A stretch of DNA of 45,988 bases, taken from Polyangiaceae bacterium. GTDB taxonomy: Bacteria > Myxococcota_A > Polyangia > Polyangiales > Polyangiaceae. Of this stretch, positions 1-9,224 are shown piece after piece. The stretch's first letter is position 1, and every line of letters starts with the position of its first letter. Under the pieces are notes generated by a model. The model was not told the origin of the DNA. It saw only the letters and a program-made list of their open reading frames with translations, and did no database searches. The stretch lies in assembly GCA_033763455.1 (NCBI GenBank), contig JANRKO010000003.1, positions 1-45,988 of the forward strand, written 5' to 3'. Both the position numbers and the translations under genes were made by a program.

Positions 1-276
1 TTTGGGATTGGGCATCCACAGACAGTCGCCGCCTCTTCCGCCCTGTTTATCCCCAATCCCAAAAACGAGCTGCCGCGCTGCCCGGGGCTATTCAGGTCGC
101 AAGCCCTCCGTCGCAGCGCGGAGCTGCCACGCACACGCCCCGCCCGCGTCTCCCTCACACGGGGAGACGCTTGGCGAGGGGCAAGCTGCCGCATCAGGCG
201 GCAGCTGGGGAGGGCATCCAACCAATTCGGTGACGCCCTTTACCAACAACTATGGAGTAATTTCGATCACTTACGC

Positions 277-474
277 ATGAAGGCCGCGCCTTATCGCTGG
301 ATCAGGGCTGGAGAGAGAGGTGGATACTTAGCATACGAAGGATCGGATCTGATTTGCGGATGGGTTCGCTGCGCAGTAGCTGGGACCGAGGAAGCCTCTG
401 ATGATCCGTCGATGCAGTGGATGGGGTGTGTGGAGGTGCTGAGCAGTGGACGCCGGAAGGCATTCGGACATTAG
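277..474 (+). CDS. Possible small hypothetical protein (65 aa)
   Basis: ATG-started ORF in an otherwise empty space; its stop overlaps the stop of the convergent EamA gene. No recognisable motif. Confidence 0.2.
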   Translation: MKAAPYRWIRAGERGGYLAYEGSDLICGWVRCAVAGTEEASDDPSMQWMGCVEVLSSGRRKAFGH

Positions 475-1352
475 GCTGTTTTGGGTTTGCTGAGCACCGC
501 CCAGGCGATGCCGCCTAGCGTTAAGCTGCTTCCAATGAGGCGACGCGCCGTAAAGGGTTCTCCAAACAGAAGGACACCCCCAAAAAGAGCTATCACTACG
601 GCTAGTTGATTTAGGATTCCGGATGATGCAGCGGTGAGTTGTTGAAGCGAGGAGGTCATGAGCAGTTGGGCTGCAATGCTCACGGCTGCCGTCGTGAGAA
701 GCAGCGCCCACCCGACGGCGCCTGGAGTGTGCCAGGTGCCCAGTGGCCCCGTGATGCCGGGCAACGTTGCCAACATGCCGATGAAGGTGAACGAAGCGAA
801 AACGGTCCACGAACCTTCCGTTTCACCGCTCCCAGCGCGACGCACGGCGCGAATGGAAGTGACGGCAATGGATGAGAGAAACGCCGAGAGCATGCCCACT
901 AGCACCCAACCGCTCGGGGCTTTCAGGGGTTCGCTGCCCGAATTCGCCACCAACATAAGGCCCGGCAACGTAAGCAGGAGCGCGCCGAAGGCTCTTAACG
1001 GAGGCCGTTCGCCGAGCAATAGCCAGGCGATAAACAGGGACCAAACCGGCGCCGTGTAGTTCAGCAAAGTGGCTAAGCCCACGCCGATGTGTTGTATGCA
1101 CGAAAAGTAGCAAAGCACGGCGCTGCCCCCGAACACACCGCGCGCGATCAGCCAAGCCGGCCGCTTGGGGCGCAGATCGACGTGCGTGAAGCGCATCACG
1201 AACAGCACCACGAGCGCACCCACCGCGAATCGCATGAAGGCCATCTGCGGGCCTTGGACGTATACGGATGTCGCGCGCGCCAAGAGCGCCATCACCCCGA
1301 AGAGCCCCGCCCCCGCGATGCCTCTGATTAAACCTTGGCTAGCACGCTCCAC
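471..1352 (-). CDS. DMT/EamA family transporter
   Basis: 293 aa, about 10 hydrophobic helices in two repeats; motifs 'ATLLNYTAPVW...LLGERP' and 'GVLLFGEPFT...IGSSLTLGGI'. Confidence 0.9.
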   Translation of the reverse strand: MERASQGLIRGIAGAGLFGVMALLARATSVYVQGPQMAFMRFAVGALVVLFVMRFTHVDLRPKRPAWLIARGVFGGSAVLCYFSCIQHIGVGLATLLNYTAPVWSLFIAWLLLGERPPLRAFGALLLTLPGLMLVANSGSEPLKAPSGWVLVGMLSAFLSSIAVTSIRAVRRAGSGETEGSWTVFASFTFIGMLATLPGITGPLGTWHTPGAVGWALLLTTAAVSIAAQLLMTSSLQQLTAASSGILNQLAVVIALFGGVLLFGEPFTARRLIGSSLTLGGIAWAVLSKPKTA

Positions 1353-1360
1353 TCGAAAGC

Positions 1361-2383
1361 TTACTCCACCGGAGCTTTTTCGACCTTGGGAACGGCGGCG
1401 GCGAAACGTTCGGAGAAAAACCCAGGGCCTTTGGCCTGGCTGAGGTCCAACTCGAAATCTACACGCGGAGCAGGTTCAAGCTTTTGCACCAACTCGCGTA
1501 GCTCACGACCGGACAGGCCCAGGGCTGCGAGCTTGGTAGCATCGGCGTGGGCCCCAGCCTTGGGCACAATTCCCGCTTCAGTTGCCGAAAGTAAACCGCG
1601 CAACGCTTCAAGCTCCATGCGGCTTAGGCGTGCTCCCTGCACGTCGTAATCAATCCAGGCCTCGTAGCTTAACGGGGCTGTTTTCTTCAGCATTCCCGCC
1701 ATCACACGGCCATAAGCTTGGATTTCCCATTGGGCGTGAGCATCCACGCGAAGTTTCAGAAAATGCAACAAATTATGCAGATCGATCTTCCAATACCACT
1801 GCGTGTACGTGGAGAGCGGCAAATCGATCCGTGCGAGCTCGCGCGCAACCTGCTCTCCAGTTAACCACTCATACGTCGCTTGCGCCTGGCTCCGGCCGGT
1901 CTGCCAGCGCTCAACTGCGGCATCATAGGTGGCAGGCGGCACCGTCTGGCCACTGCCGCCTTGATTGTTCGCACTGCTTTGAGTTTGAAGCTGCGCTTGA
2001 TCCGGGGTGTAGAAGAGCATTGGCATTAACGAATAGCGGCCGCTGTATTCGTTCACGCTGGCGGTGCGGTGCCGGATCCACTGCCGTGCGATGAACATGG
2101 GCATGCAGCAGTGAAACTTGAATTCCACCATCTCCGACGGTGTGGTGTGCAAATGGCGGCGCAAATAGCGCAAGAGGCCGCGCGTCATGCTCGCCTTGCG
2201 CGTGCCGTAGCCGTAGCTGACGCGTGCCGCACGTTCGATGCACTCATCGGTGCCCATGTAGTCCACCAGCGACACGAAGCCGTGATCGAGCACCGGAAAA
2301 TAGAGGCCAAGGATTTCTTCGGCACCGGGCGATACCGGGCGCTTAGTGAAACCGCCCGTTGAGTCAGCCTCTTTTTCGCTCAT
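1361..2383 (-). CDS. thyX: FAD-dependent thymidylate synthase ThyX
   Basis: ThyX signature RHRx7S ('RHRTASVNEYSGRY'), plus 'VLDHGFVSLVDYMG', 'ARVSY' and 'DLHNLLHFLKLR...HAQWEI'. Confidence 0.96.
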   Translation of the reverse strand: MSEKEADSTGGFTKRPVSPGAEEILGLYFPVLDHGFVSLVDYMGTDECIERAARVSYGYGTRKASMTRGLLRYLRRHLHTTPSEMVEFKFHCCMPMFIARQWIRHRTASVNEYSGRYSLMPMLFYTPDQAQLQTQSSANNQGGSGQTVPPATYDAAVERWQTGRSQAQATYEWLTGEQVARELARIDLPLSTYTQWYWKIDLHNLLHFLKLRVDAHAQWEIQAYGRVMAGMLKKTAPLSYEAWIDYDVQGARLSRMELEALRGLLSATEAGIVPKAGAHADATKLAALGLSGRELRELVQKLEPAPRVDFELDLSQAKGPGFFSERFAAAVPKVEKAPVE

Positions 2384-2549
2384 TCTGGTAGCTCCGCTAT
2401 CTGGACCGCATTCGCTGCGGTTTTGGGCAAGTTGTGAGACTCTTCTGGGCCACTACTAGGCCTAGGCGGAAGGCCGTGCAAGCCTAACGGCGGCTGTGCC
2501 TCGGTCTTACCTTCCTCGGGGTGATTTCCCTCGCTCTCTTTGGGCCCGG

Positions 2550-5500
2550 ATGGTGCCACGCCCTCACCGAGTCGTAGGTGGCGGGCTCTGGTTGTTGCTA
2601 TCTGTCGGGGGCGTTGGTTGCGCGGGAGCGCCTGGGGCCGCACAGGGCGGTGGCGGGTTGGGCGCGGCTGAGGTTGAGAAGGTGTCGCCAGCGTCAGCAC
2701 GGGGCGGCCAGAAAGGTGGACAGGCTATTAGCCCAATGGCCGTGAGCGAAGCGCGCTGGGTGCCACCCGTTGAGAATGCAGAGGCGACCATTGTGGATCG
2801 CCAAGGCCAACTCCATTTCCTGGCCGGTAGCCTGCGCGCAACCAGTGGTGTAGGTGGCCAGATAACCACCGCCCCGCAGCTCTTACCCGCATCGAAATCC
2901 ATCTGGCCAGTGGAGTTGCCGGAGCGCCTCGGTGGAGGGTTTCTGTTTTTTGCGGTGGGTCAAGGTACAAGCGTCTTTAAGTCGAAAACCTGGCTTGGCC
3001 CACTTTCGCCGTTAACTCGATTTGAAGGCACCCTGGAGGCGGTTGAAGTTGGCTTCAGCAGCGTGCTGGTGAAGACAATCGACTGGTTCGCCCTCAAGCC
3101 CGAGGATGGGGTACTCACGGACGTTCTGGGTCTCCCCCGAGCGACGGGCTACGAGCAAATTGCGGTGGTAGACGCTTGGTTTGGTGCGGTGCAGGTTCCA
3201 CTTGAGGGGATCTTAGCAACGTTTGACGCCGGCCAAACTTGGCTTCCCCTCGGCATTTCGGGGGCCATGCGCTTACGGCGCGAAGGAAACCGGGTCGCGT
3301 TTGACGCGGACGACAAGAGCTATCGGTTGGATGCCGAAGGGCACTTGAGTGAGCGGGCAGCGCCGAAGCCCGGGGATTCTGGCGACGAAGCAGACATGGG
3401 CGACGAGCTGGATTTTGACGCCGAACCAAGCGTGAACCGTGGAGCTGCATCGCCATTGACGGGCGATGCACCGCTTGCAGCCGCCGTTGCCTGGGGCTTT
3501 GCTGAAACCCAAGATACAGCCGTCGTTGCGCAAAATTCAGAGCTACTCCGAGTGCGCCTCACAACGGGGGAAGTTGAGAAGGTAAAGCATCAGGCATTTG
3601 AAGGCGAACTTTGCTCACCGCTCTCGGTGGAGAAAAGCCCTGGTTTCGTTTGCACCAGGGGCACGGACGCGACGTTGGTGTATCGGCTCAGCCCGGAGTT
3701 TTCGCTGACGCCCGTGGCTTCTTTTCGCGGTACGCGGCGAATTGCGAGCAGTGGCAACGGAGCTTTTTCTATTTCCGGTGGTTGCCAAACAGGGAGCCTG
3801 CCAGAGGCCAACACTCTATGTGTTCGTTCGGTACACGGCTCGCTGCGTGAAGTGCGATTGCCAGGTGCTCGGGGCAACGAGCAAGCCATTGGCTTGGCAG
3901 ACGGTCGTACGGCAATCTTGATCCCGCCGGCAGGAGGGCGGGGCGGGATCTTACGGGTTTTCGAGGGCACGAGCGAACGACAGGTAACGCTCAAGTGGCC
4001 CCGACTAGCTCCTGAGGTGGTGCGTTTGGTACGCCATGGCGTTTGGCTTCAGGGGTTTTGGGAACGCGCTGGTGAAATCGCTGGTTGGGTCGTGGATAAC
4101 TCAGGCGTTATTGGCGTTAGCCTGAGCTTAGATGGAAGGGTGAAGTTGGGTGAGGTCAAGCCCGCCGGCAACCATCCCATTCTCTCTGGCAAATATGCTT
4201 TGATCTTGCAGGGTGACGGCACGGCTTTGGAATCCACGGATGGCGGATTTTCGTTCAACGAGATCCCTTTGCCGATGGACGAGCGCCGCCTGCTCACCGC
4301 TAGCGGCATGCGAGTTGGCTGCAGCCAGGTGGGATGTGTCCTCGGTGATTGGCTGCGTATCGGCTGGCAGGGGCCGTTGAAGCTGCGGAATTCGTTACCG
4401 CCCGCTTTACCGCGGGTCGCGGCCCTGCCATCACCGGGAGGCAACCGTTGGCGTCTCTCGTGTAAGGGGCCGGGTGTTGTGGGGCCGCGGGCGATAGCCG
4501 GTGTACAAGCACCTTTGGCAGACGCCGACCCAAGGCGCAATGTGAGGTCGGGGCCCCGTTCCACCGGGGCGCGTGACCTTTGGGAACCATTTTGGCATCT
4601 CCCCCCGCCGAAGGCCTTAGGGGCAGGAAAATCCTGGCAATTCAACACGGACGCCGAGGATATTCAGGTTCACGCCTACCTCTGGAATAACGGCGTGTGG
4701 GCCAACAATGCCGCGTGGCAACTCTACTTTGCGGATCGTTTCAGCGTTGAAAATGGTATCCGAAGAACTTTAGAAAGCCGCGCCCCGTGGCCCGATGAAG
4801 CACAAGCAGTGCAAGCGTTTGGAGGCGCTGTGTCAGCTTTTGGTGCCAATTGGGTCGCCGAGCTCGAACCTTCAGGTTCTTCGGGAGCACTTCTCATCAA
4901 GAATCCAAGCTCCGCGCAGCTTTTCTTGTTTGAAGCCGAAGGCCCACTCGTGGCGCTTGCTTCAGGCAAGGACGTTAAGCGCCTCGGCGGCTTTGTGAAG
5001 CTCCGGAATTCGTCCTACGTGGCTTCGGCCACCGCCCGAGAATTCTCGGTATTTGAGGTATCCGGAGGGGACCTCAAGCAACGGTTGCGGTTGACGCTTG
5101 GTCGCGAAGCCTTGACCCAGAATCTTCAACTAGTGCGGAACCTCGCGGGTGATCAATTAGGGGTGTGGGCGCGTGCCGAAAACGGAGCCTGGCTCGTGTA
5201 TCCCATCGATTTGGAGCGGGGCAGGTTGCTTACTCCGAGCATGCACACTGCGCGCGCGCTTGCTGCAACGCCGAGAATCTGTAAGTATAGCGAGGACGGT
5301 TGGCTGCTGGTTGGCAGACCTGATCTCTTGCCGCACTTAGAGTTTGAAGGTCGAGCTGCCGAGCTCCGAGCCACGTTGCCAGAGGCCCGTGTATTAATGC
5401 GAGAGGATGGCATTTGCCTGCAGGCGCTTGCTGCGCGAGCCGACAACAGCGTTGTACTCAGGCCGGAGGTCCTCCCGAAGGATCTTGGGGTGCCGCTTGT

Positions 5501-5561
5501 GGTAACCGATCGCCGCCAAGGGCTGCGTTGGGGGTTTTCCTGCGAAGGAGCAGAGCCTTAA
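2550..5561 (+). CDS. Large hypothetical lipoprotein, beta-rich, with BNR/Asp-box-like motifs
   Basis: ~1000-aa ORF; hydrophobic stretch ending in a lipobox-like 'VGGVGC'; Asp-box-like 'ATFDAGQTW' and 'ESTDGGFSF'. Start uncertain (2496 GTG or 2550 ATG). Confidence 0.75.
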   Translation: MVPRPHRVVGGGLWLLLSVGGVGCAGAPGAAQGGGGLGAAEVEKVSPASARGGQKGGQAISPMAVSEARWVPPVENAEATIVDRQGQLHFLAGSLRATSGVGGQITTAPQLLPASKSIWPVELPERLGGGFLFFAVGQGTSVFKSKTWLGPLSPLTRFEGTLEAVEVGFSSVLVKTIDWFALKPEDGVLTDVLGLPRATGYEQIAVVDAWFGAVQVPLEGILATFDAGQTWLPLGISGAMRLRREGNRVAFDADDKSYRLDAEGHLSERAAPKPGDSGDEADMGDELDFDAEPSVNRGAASPLTGDAPLAAAVAWGFAETQDTAVVAQNSELLRVRLTTGEVEKVKHQAFEGELCSPLSVEKSPGFVCTRGTDATLVYRLSPEFSLTPVASFRGTRRIASSGNGAFSISGGCQTGSLPEANTLCVRSVHGSLREVRLPGARGNEQAIGLADGRTAILIPPAGGRGGILRVFEGTSERQVTLKWPRLAPEVVRLVRHGVWLQGFWERAGEIAGWVVDNSGVIGVSLSLDGRVKLGEVKPAGNHPILSGKYALILQGDGTALESTDGGFSFNEIPLPMDERRLLTASGMRVGCSQVGCVLGDWLRIGWQGPLKLRNSLPPALPRVAALPSPGGNRWRLSCKGPGVVGPRAIAGVQAPLADADPRRNVRSGPRSTGARDLWEPFWHLPPPKALGAGKSWQFNTDAEDIQVHAYLWNNGVWANNAAWQLYFADRFSVENGIRRTLESRAPWPDEAQAVQAFGGAVSAFGANWVAELEPSGSSGALLIKNPSSAQLFLFEAEGPLVALASGKDVKRLGGFVKLRNSSYVASATAREFSVFEVSGGDLKQRLRLTLGREALTQNLQLVRNLAGDQLGVWARAENGAWLVYPIDLERGRLLTPSMHTARALAATPRICKYSEDGWLLVGRPDLLPHLEFEGRAAELRATLPEARVLMREDGICLQALAARADNSVVLRPEVLPKDLGVPLVVTDRRQGLRWGFSCEGAEP

Positions 5562-5571
5562 GCTCGGCTTC

Positions 5572-6612
5572 ATGCCTTTCATCGATCTGCGTTCCGACAC
5601 CGTAACTCAGCCCACACCCCAGATGCGGCAGGCTATGGCGGCGGCACCCGTGGGTGACGACGTCTTCGGCGAAGATCCTACGGTGTGCGAATTGGAAGCG
5701 CGCGTCGCCGCTCTTCTGGGAAAAGAAGCGGCGCTGTTCGTGGTGTCTGGAACAATGGCCAATCAGCTGGCGATTTGGACCCAGGCGCGCCCGGGCGATG
5801 AAGTGATTGTGGGGCGAGAAGCGCATGTTGCCGTGTACGAAACGGGAGCGGCTGCGGCTCTCGCGGGTGTGCAGATGTCCTATGTTGGCGAAGATGGGTT
5901 GTTTACGGCGGAAGATGTAAGCCGTGCAATTCGACCGCTTCACGATTATTCACCGCGCACTTCGCTGGTGGCGCTAGAAAACACGCATAATCGTTCAGGC
6001 GGCCGCGTGTTTTCTCTAGAAAGCTGCCGAGCGATAGCGCTGGTGGCGCGCCAGGGAGGCCTTGCGGCACATCTTGACGGAGCGCGCTTGTGGAACGCGA
6101 GCGTGAAAAGTGGCGTGCCCGTGCAGGATTTCGCGGCGCCTTTTGACACCGTTTCGGTGTGTTTCTCGAAGGGGCTGGGCGCGCCCGTGGGCTCGGCGCT
6201 TGCGGGCTCACGCGACTTGATCCGTGAAGCGCGGCGTCGGAGAAAAATGCTTGGCGGAGGCATGCGTCAAGCAGGCATTTTGGCAGCCGCTGCGCTCTAC
6301 GCGCTGGAGCACCACCGTGAGCGATTGCGTTTGGATCACGAAGCCGCGCACGCTTTCGCGGCACGCCTTGCGCGTACTCCTGGGATCTCGGTGGAGCCAG
6401 CCGCCGTAGAGACGAACATCGTGAATCTCGCCGTAAGCGAGGGGATGGCGCCGCATATCGCGGCGCGTGCACGGGAGTTGGGCGTACTCGTGAGTGCTAT
6501 TCAGCCGAGTTTGCTGCGAGCCGTAACACATCTAGATGTCAGCAAGGCCGAGGTGCTGCAAGCGGCAGAGGTCCTAGAGCGCGTTGCCGTAGAGCTAGCC
6601 CCAAGGAGCTAG
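5572..6612 (+). CDS. ltaE: Low-specificity L-threonine aldolase
   Basis: '[12 protein letters not shown]', '[10 protein letters not shown]', 'SGTMANQ', '[10 protein letters not shown]', PLP lysine in '[12 protein letters not shown]', 'GGGMRQAG'. Confidence 0.95.
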   Translation: MPFIDLRSDTVTQPTPQMRQAMAAAPVGDDVFGEDPTVCELEARVAALLGKEAALFVVSGTMANQLAIWTQARPGDEVIVGREAHVAVYETGAAAALAGVQMSYVGEDGLFTAEDVSRAIRPLHDYSPRTSLVALENTHNRSGGRVFSLESCRAIALVARQGGLAAHLDGARLWNASVKSGVPVQDFAAPFDTVSVCFSKGLGAPVGSALAGSRDLIREARRRRKMLGGGMRQAGILAAAALYALEHHRERLRLDHEAAHAFAARLARTPGISVEPAAVETNIVNLAVSEGMAPHIAARARELGVLVSAIQPSLLRAVTHLDVSKAEVLQAAEVLERVAVELAPRS

Positions 6613-7118
6613 CCGGTTGAAGACCAGGTGTTAGAGTCGTCGGCAACTCAGCATTGCACGGAGGCACTGAGGTTGACTCGCAGTAGCGAGGCGGCGGAAA
6701 CGCCCGGAGGCGCAGTATTTGAATCTGGGATCTCGTGAGGGGTTGCTGGCGCCCCGCAACCGCGCAAACTCACGGATGCGGGATTGGACGTTTCCAAGCG
6801 CGCTCAGCGAACTCGCCGTGCGCCGCCTTGGAGACGACCACATGCCGTGCCTCCGACGCGAGCGGCGACCCAGCGCGGCTACAAACTCTCTCACCCGCAT
6901 CTGAAGACCCGAGCGCAAACTTGCGCACCTCGGGCGGATCGCGCAGCATTTTGGGGCCAATTTACGCGATATCCGCCCAACCCACGCATCCGGCATTTAT
7001 TTCGCCTCTTGGCCCCGGTGGGAGGATATCCCACCTCAGCTCGCTGGCTCCCCGAGGCTCTCAGGGAAAACCCTCGATTCTTGTTTGCAATTTCCGAAGG
7101 GCACTGCTAGCAATGCCC

Positions 7119-7177
7119 TGTCCGCGTAGAGCGAGGCTGTCCCCCCCCCGGCCCCTTTGCGCGGACACTTTCTTTTT
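7119..7177 (+). terminator. Putative intrinsic terminator
   Basis: TGTCCGCGTAGAG (7119-7131) pairs with CTTTGCGCGGACA (7155-7167) using G.U pairs only on the + strand; followed by CTTTCTTTTT. Confidence 0.5.
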
Positions 7178-7218
7178 GTCCGTCCGGTGACGAGGGTGTT
7201 TCAGACGGATGACTAGGG

Positions 7219-8055
7219 CTAGCCCTTGGCGAGCTTCGCGAGCAGTTGTTCTCCGAGCTGCCCGGCGCGTTCGGTGGCCGAGGAAACAGCGTCGATAAGT
7301 GTGCGCCGAAGCCCGCCCGATTCCAGTGTGTGTAAACCTGCGATGGCGGTGCCGCCGGGGCTGGTTACCATGTCTTTCAAGCGGCCTGGATGCTCGCCCG
7401 TTTCAAGCTGGAGCTTGGCGGAGCCGTACACGGTTTGCGCGGCCAACAGCAATGCGGTGTCGCGGTGCAACCCAACACGCACGCCTCCGTCGGCTAACGC
7501 TTCAATGATGAGCATCACATAAGCAGGCCCGCTTCCCGACAGACCCGTTACCGCATCGATCAAAGATTCGTCGAGCACCACGGTGCGCCCCACGGCATCA
7601 AACAGCGCTTTGGCGAGCTCCATGTGCTCGGGCCGAGCGTGGGTTCCCGGAGCAATACCCGTGGCACCCGCGAGCGCGATAGCCGCAGTATTGGGCATGG
7701 CACGTACTACGGGTATCCCGGCCGTAACGCGTGCTTCGATCATGGAGATGGGAATGCCAGCTGCGATAGACACAAGGAGCGTGGTGGCAGGGAGCGTGGG
7801 TTGGATCTCGGTGAGCACCCGATCGATAACCTGTGGCTTCACAGCAAGCACTACCATATCCGCCCAGCGCACGAGCTCGGCGTTGGTGGCGAAGGTTTGG
7901 ATGCCGTATTGCTTCTTCAGGGCGACCAAGCGCTCGGGGTTTAGGTCGCTCGCGCCAATTTGCTCGGGTGTCTTCGATTTCGAAGCGATGAGACCCCGGA
8001 TCAAAGCGCCCGCCATGTTGCCAGCACCCAGCATGCCAATACGTTGAATTTCCAT
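7219..8055 (-). CDS. proC: Pyrroline-5-carboxylate reductase
   Basis: 'IGMLGAGNMA', 'LAVKPQ', 'VRAMPNT', 'TGLSGSGPAY', 'VTSPGGT'. Confidence 0.97.
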   Translation of the reverse strand: MEIQRIGMLGAGNMAGALIRGLIASKSKTPEQIGASDLNPERLVALKKQYGIQTFATNAELVRWADMVVLAVKPQVIDRVLTEIQPTLPATTLLVSIAAGIPISMIEARVTAGIPVVRAMPNTAAIALAGATGIAPGTHARPEHMELAKALFDAVGRTVVLDESLIDAVTGLSGSGPAYVMLIIEALADGGVRVGLHRDTALLLAAQTVYGSAKLQLETGEHPGRLKDMVTSPGGTAIAGLHTLESGGLRRTLIDAVSSATERAGQLGEQLLAKLAKG

Positions 8056-8230
8056 GATGCAATCGCCTCTCCTGTGAGGGCTAGGCTCTTAGCTCACATC
8101 GGAGGCCGGGGCGAGCGGGCCCGCCCCGGAACCCGTTTTGCAGAGGGCGCCTCCAGGGTGGCTTCCCAACCCTAGGATGAACGGACGGACACCTGCCGCA
8201 CCTCAAGCACTACGGCTACTCTGGCTTCCC

Positions 8231-9223
8231 ATGCTCACCAAGCTCCTCATCGACTCCATTGTCGCCCAGACAACAGTGTTGATCGCTGAGTTGTCTACCG
8301 CAGCTGGAGTTCGCGCCCCACTAGCGCACGTTGCCGATCAGGTGTTTTTGGACTTAGCGCGAGCTCTGGAAGCGCAAGGTCTTGGGCGCAAGGTGGTGGC
8401 CGACATGTTTGGGATGGTGCTTCGTGGGTACCAGAAGAAGGTGCAGCGTCTTGAAGAAAGCGTCACGGTGCGCGACGAAACGCTCTGGGAAGCGTTGCTT
8501 GGGCACCTTCGCAAGCACGGGGGATTACACCGGCAGACCATCCTGCAACGCTTTGAGCGTGACGGCGAGGATGCTGTCGGTGCGGTGCTAAGAGATTTAG
8601 TAGCTAGCGGTTTGGTGTTCGTTGCGGGGCAGGGGGCCAACGCGCTGTATCGAGCAACTTCCGATCAGGAGCTTCAGCAGCTGCTGGATGCCGATTCGGC
8701 CGAGTCAGTGAAGGCCATGAGCTGGGCTCTCGCGTTCCATCATCGAGGTATCAGCGTATCTGAGGTGGCAGCTCGGTTGAACGTGCAACCAGTGTTGGTA
8801 GAAGCGGCATTCGCTGCGCTTTTAGCGGAAGGGCGCGTAGTTCAAGATCTCGATCCTAACCGCTATTCTGCCAAGACACTGTTGGTGCCCGTTGGTTCTA
8901 CTAGCGGCTGGGAAGCGGCGGTATTTGACCACTTCAAGGCGATGGCCGGAGCGATTGCGTCTAAGCTCCGCGGGGGCACTCCCCAATCAAAACACGCGGA
9001 TGTGGTGGGTGGCGCCACCTTGCACTTCGAAATTAGCGCAGGGCATCCGCACGAAGAAGAAGTGCTAAACCTCTTGAGCGCTCACCGTGCAGCGGTAAAT
9101 GCACTGTGGACCCGGGTGTGCGCGCACAACGCGGAGCACCCCATCCCAGAGTCAGACATCGTGACGGTGTGCCACTATTTCGGGCAGAACGTGATCGGAG
9201 CCGAGAGTGAAGAAGGGAAGTAA
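8231..9223 (+). CDS. Hypothetical protein with probable HTH/winged-helix segments (330 aa)
   Basis: Clean ORF from ATG 8231; HTH-like segments 'GLGRKVVADMFGMVLRGYQKKV' and 'GISVSEVAARLNVQPVLVEAAFAALLAEGRV'. Fold is inferred. Confidence 0.75.
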   Translation: MLTKLLIDSIVAQTTVLIAELSTAAGVRAPLAHVADQVFLDLARALEAQGLGRKVVADMFGMVLRGYQKKVQRLEESVTVRDETLWEALLGHLRKHGGLHRQTILQRFERDGEDAVGAVLRDLVASGLVFVAGQGANALYRATSDQELQQLLDADSAESVKAMSWALAFHHRGISVSEVAARLNVQPVLVEAAFAALLAEGRVVQDLDPNRYSAKTLLVPVGSTSGWEAAVFDHFKAMAGAIASKLRGGTPQSKHADVVGGATLHFEISAGHPHEEEVLNLLSAHRAAVNALWTRVCAHNAEHPIPESDIVTVCHYFGQNVIGAESEEGK

Positions 9224-9224
9224 G

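Noticed and set aside
60..240. Cobalamin riboswitch
   Set aside because: Only loose GCTGCC and GGGAGGGC resemblance; no B12 box or GCCACTG/GGGAAG pairing.
6631..7190. Short ORFs on both strands between ltaE and proC
   Set aside because: Arg/Ser/Pro-rich, no motifs or clear RBS; not supportable as genes, though not strictly excluded.
6613..7218. RNase P RNA, tmRNA, SRP RNA or c-di-GMP-I riboswitch
   Set aside because: Their conserved signatures (GAGGAAAGTCC, tRNA-like ends with CCA, SRP loop, GEMM consensus) were not found on either strand.
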